Origin: an uncultured beta proteobacterium
Lineage (GTDB): Bacteria > Pseudomonadota > Gammaproteobacteria > Burkholderiales > SG8-41
Direction of reading: 5' to 3'
Length of the DNA stretch: 64,000 bases
NCBI GenBank assembly: GCA_903885665.1
Contig: CAISJL010000004.1
Location: 40 to 64,039 of the forward strand
In this document: positions 61,774-64,000 of the stretch, in pieces
Position numbering within the stretch: position 1 is the stretch's first letter
Layout of the letters: the number at the start of each line of letters is the position of its first letter
Position numbers and translations under genes: made by a program
Notes under the pieces: model-generated
What the model was told of the DNA's origin: nothing
The model's input: only the letters and a program-made list of their open reading frames with translations
Databases searched by the model: none

Positions 61774-61800
61774 AATTAACTTAAATATCAATAAGTTAAT

Positions 61801-62688
61801 TTAATTTTTAGGCTTAAAGCCATAGAGCTTGGCGGGATTGCTGACCAAGATTTGATGCCGTAGCAAGCGGTCGGGTGTCCATGCGTTAAAAAGGTCGAGC
61901 AGGTGGCCGTCCTCTGGCATATCGCAATCGAGGCGCGGGTGTGGCCAATCAGTGCCCCAAATAATTTGTTCGGGATTAGCAGCGACTAAGGCTTCGTGAA
62001 TAGGCTTGGCGTCAGGGTAGTCTGGGTAATGCGCTGAGACCCGATAAGCCCCTGAAATTTTGACCCAAATTCGTCCTTCGGCTAACAGCCGGCACAGCGC
62101 TTTCACCCCAGGTTGTTGAGCGCCCAAGGCGCCATCAACGTTGCCCATATGGTCAATCACAATCGGTAGCTTCCAGTCTTTAAAAAACGGCAGCGCGCTA
62201 TCTAAGGCGTTGGCATCCAACATGAATTGGGCATGTAAGCCAACGTCTGCCATTTTGGGGGCCAGCTGGGCAAAGGATTGCATGCCTAGCGGACTAAAAC
62301 CAATACCATGCGGCATGTGATGAAAGCGCAGCGCACGAATGCCGGCATCCACCAGCGCTTGTAATTGCGCCACAGTAGCGTCTGGTTTAACAATGGCTGT
62401 GCCGCGCAGACGCTCGGGAGCCTGGCGTAAGGCATCTAAGACCACGCTATTGTCTGTGGCATAGGGGTGGGCTTGCACAGCCACGCCAAAATCCATACCG
62501 AGCGCGTCTAGCATGTTCAGGACTGCATGTAGTGGTGCATCGGGTGGGGTATACGCGCGTTCGGGCGAATACGGAAACTGACTCGCAGGCCCGAAAATAT
62601 GAAAGTGGGTATTGCAACTACCTGCAGGGGAGGCAATTTTTGGGGCGCAGGTTGGCGTAATAGGGGGCATGCACGGGAGAATATCCAT
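61801..62688 (-). CDS. amidohydrolase_2 family hydrolase (lactonase/decarboxylase-like)
   Basis: 295 aa with N-terminal CNTHFHIF, IDHMGN and GTDWPHP motifs. Confidence 0.75.
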   Translation of the reverse strand: MDILPCMPPITPTCAPKIASPAGSCNTHFHIFGPASQFPYSPERAYTPPDAPLHAVLNMLDALGMDFGVAVQAHPYATDNSVVLDALRQAPERLRGTAIVKPDATVAQLQALVDAGIRALRFHHMPHGIGFSPLGMQSFAQLAPKMADVGLHAQFMLDANALDSALPFFKDWKLPIVIDHMGNVDGALGAQQPGVKALCRLLAEGRIWVKISGAYRVSAHYPDYPDAKPIHEALVAANPEQIIWGTDWPHPRLDCDMPEDGHLLDLFNAWTPDRLLRHQILVSNPAKLYGFKPKN

Positions 62689-63712
62689 AGTGATTAGAAT
62701 CCATTCGATCAGATTAACAATTTGGGAAATTAATTCGAGAAAACTTAAGATAGAAAAATAGATAAATCAAATAGAGACCGAAAACAGCCGGTCCGCCCGA
62801 CTGATGACCCTAAGCAAGCATATCCAGAATGAATTCAGTGCGCGCACTGCGTTGTCTAATTGTTGGCGTAGATGCTCACCGAAAATAGCTTTTGTATGGG
62901 CGTGAATCGGAGCGGGTCGTTGGTAACCGCCAAAACGGATCTGGTTTGTTGTAATTAGCACGAATCTGATGATTTATGTTTTTGAAATGCGAATTATGAT
63001 GGATTAAGTCTGGGCTAAAAGCTAGGACTTCTAATGATTTACGTGCTTATTGGGGACAGCGCAGTATTAGCTAAAAGTATTATTTGTGAGTCATTAAAAA
63101 TATTGATACTAAAGAAATAAAACCCTTATTCATGAGCTATTTAAATGATATTTTTGAGAATTTAAATTTAATCGATTCAAAAAAGGTTCAATTTAATGTA
63201 TTATTTCGTTGGGTGAAATGGTCCGGTATATGAGAGTAGTTACGTGCTCGAGTTGCGATTCTTTTGTCATGCCCATGGTTGTGAGCGGGATCTTGAGCGT
63301 AGGCCAAAGTGGTTCTGCAGTATCTGATTTCTAATGAAAGTGTAGATCATATTAAATCAACGTCAACGAGTAATTAGACGTCTAACCATGCGGATGTTGG
63401 GCGTAATGTGGAGTCGAATTAAAGTTCTTTATCGAAAACAAATGATGAAAAAACACTCAGATTTAAATGGACGACAAGTCATTCAATGGAAGTTTTTGCG
63501 TCGAGAGGGCGTAGGTTAATTATCTTCATTTTTATATGATTAAATTAATGCTAATAATATTAAATTAATACCAAATAAAAATTTAAACGAATTTAATTAA
63601 ACCAGCTTAATCGAACCAATTTTATTTTAAGTAAAAAATTATTAAATAGTTATTTGATGTAAATAAAACGAGTGTTACGATTTTTCAAGGATAATATTAT
63701 TTGGAGATTTTT

Positions 63713-64000
63713 ATGATGATGCAAGTGAGTTCAGTCTTAAGGTGTTTAACCAAAAATTTTTTTTTAGTGCTTTTTTTGTATTAAGTCTTTGGGTTGTGCA
63801 AGGCAGTGCACAAGATGACAAGTCAAAAACGGCTGATGCTCAAAATATACAGACGCAGACGACGGGATGGCGCGTGATGTGTGCGCTGGTTACACCAGAA
63901 TTGGATCGTCAGAATTGTGCGCTTACCCACGAGACCTTTTCTGCCAATCAGCAGTTGAGGTTGTCATCTGTGGAAATTATTAAAGGTGCTAAAGGTCGGG
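63713..64000 (+). CDS. secreted protein, possibly invasion-associated-locus-B (IalB) family; 3' end outside the window and start/frame problematic
   Basis: The open frame encodes ..FFFSAFFVLSLWVVQGSAQDD..GWRVMCALVTPELDRQNCALTHETF... ATG 63713 has a strong GGAG but is out of frame, with a T9 tract (63757-63765) in between. An alternative in-frame GTG at 63742 lacks a Shine-Dalgarno sequence. Confidence 0.45.

Noticed and set aside
62767-62961. 64-aa minus-strand ORF as a real gene or transposase fragment
   Set aside because: It has no recognisable motif, no Shine-Dalgarno sequence, and ends in AT-rich DNA. I kept it only as part of the GC-normal patch flagged as a possible RNA or relic.
1-64000. 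Prophage, integrative element, toxin-antitoxin or defence island
   Set aside because: I recognised no integrase, transposase, phage structural gene, restriction-modification gene, or helicase/nuclease combination. The low-GC patches are short and lack flanking direct repeats or tRNA targets.

Overview
The window looks like a chromosomal segment of a betaproteobacterium, probably Burkholderiales. This is inferred from four Bug/TctC-family binding-protein genes, one tctBA pair, and the gene orders suhB/trmJ-cysE-iscR, mutL-miaA and recJ/lolCD/comEC; the taxon cannot be verified here. About 58 protein-coding genes are tightly packed, many with overlapping stop and start codons. I saw no rRNA, tRNA, CRISPR array, transposase, integrase or recognisable defence system. 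IscR is the only transcription factor I recognise. Housekeeping genes: suhB, trmJ, cysE, xseA, miaA, mutL, pntAA-pntAB-pntB, recJ, lolC/E-lolD, an alkA-like glycosylase and comEC. There is a large IscR-headed suf-type Fe-S assembly operon. Several organic-acid or thiol catabolic modules are present: MmgE/PrpD, a family III CoA-transferase, a cysteine-dioxygenase-like cupin, a 2-hydroxyacid dehydrogenase, a class II aldolase, an FMN-dependent hydroxyacid dehydrogenase, PrpF, and amidohydrolase_2 enzymes. Transport genes include tctCBA plus orphan Bug genes, an MFS transporter, a sodium:solute symporter, and a TRAP QM pair. The strongest lead is at 40452-42209 on the minus strand. Two ORFs (118 aa and 419 aa) share one reading frame and are separated by a single TGA. 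The context is ...IIGNAA-TGA-GACSTGC..., a U-x-x-C redox motif, and a GC-rich hairpin lies about 20 nt downstream. This fits one roughly 585-aa selenocysteine protein of unknown function rather than two genes. Other notable points: a secreted protein built from 11-residue LEA-group-3-like repeats; a di-haem cytochrome c peroxidase with a TAA directly after its lipobox cysteine; comEC frameshifted in a G7 tract; two more genes whose signal peptides are out of frame with the mature part; an HTTM-like/DCC CxxC pair; a thiol-dioxygenase/CoA-transferase pair; and low-GC non-coding islets with short tandem repeats. All functional calls come from reading the translations by eye. No database search was run.
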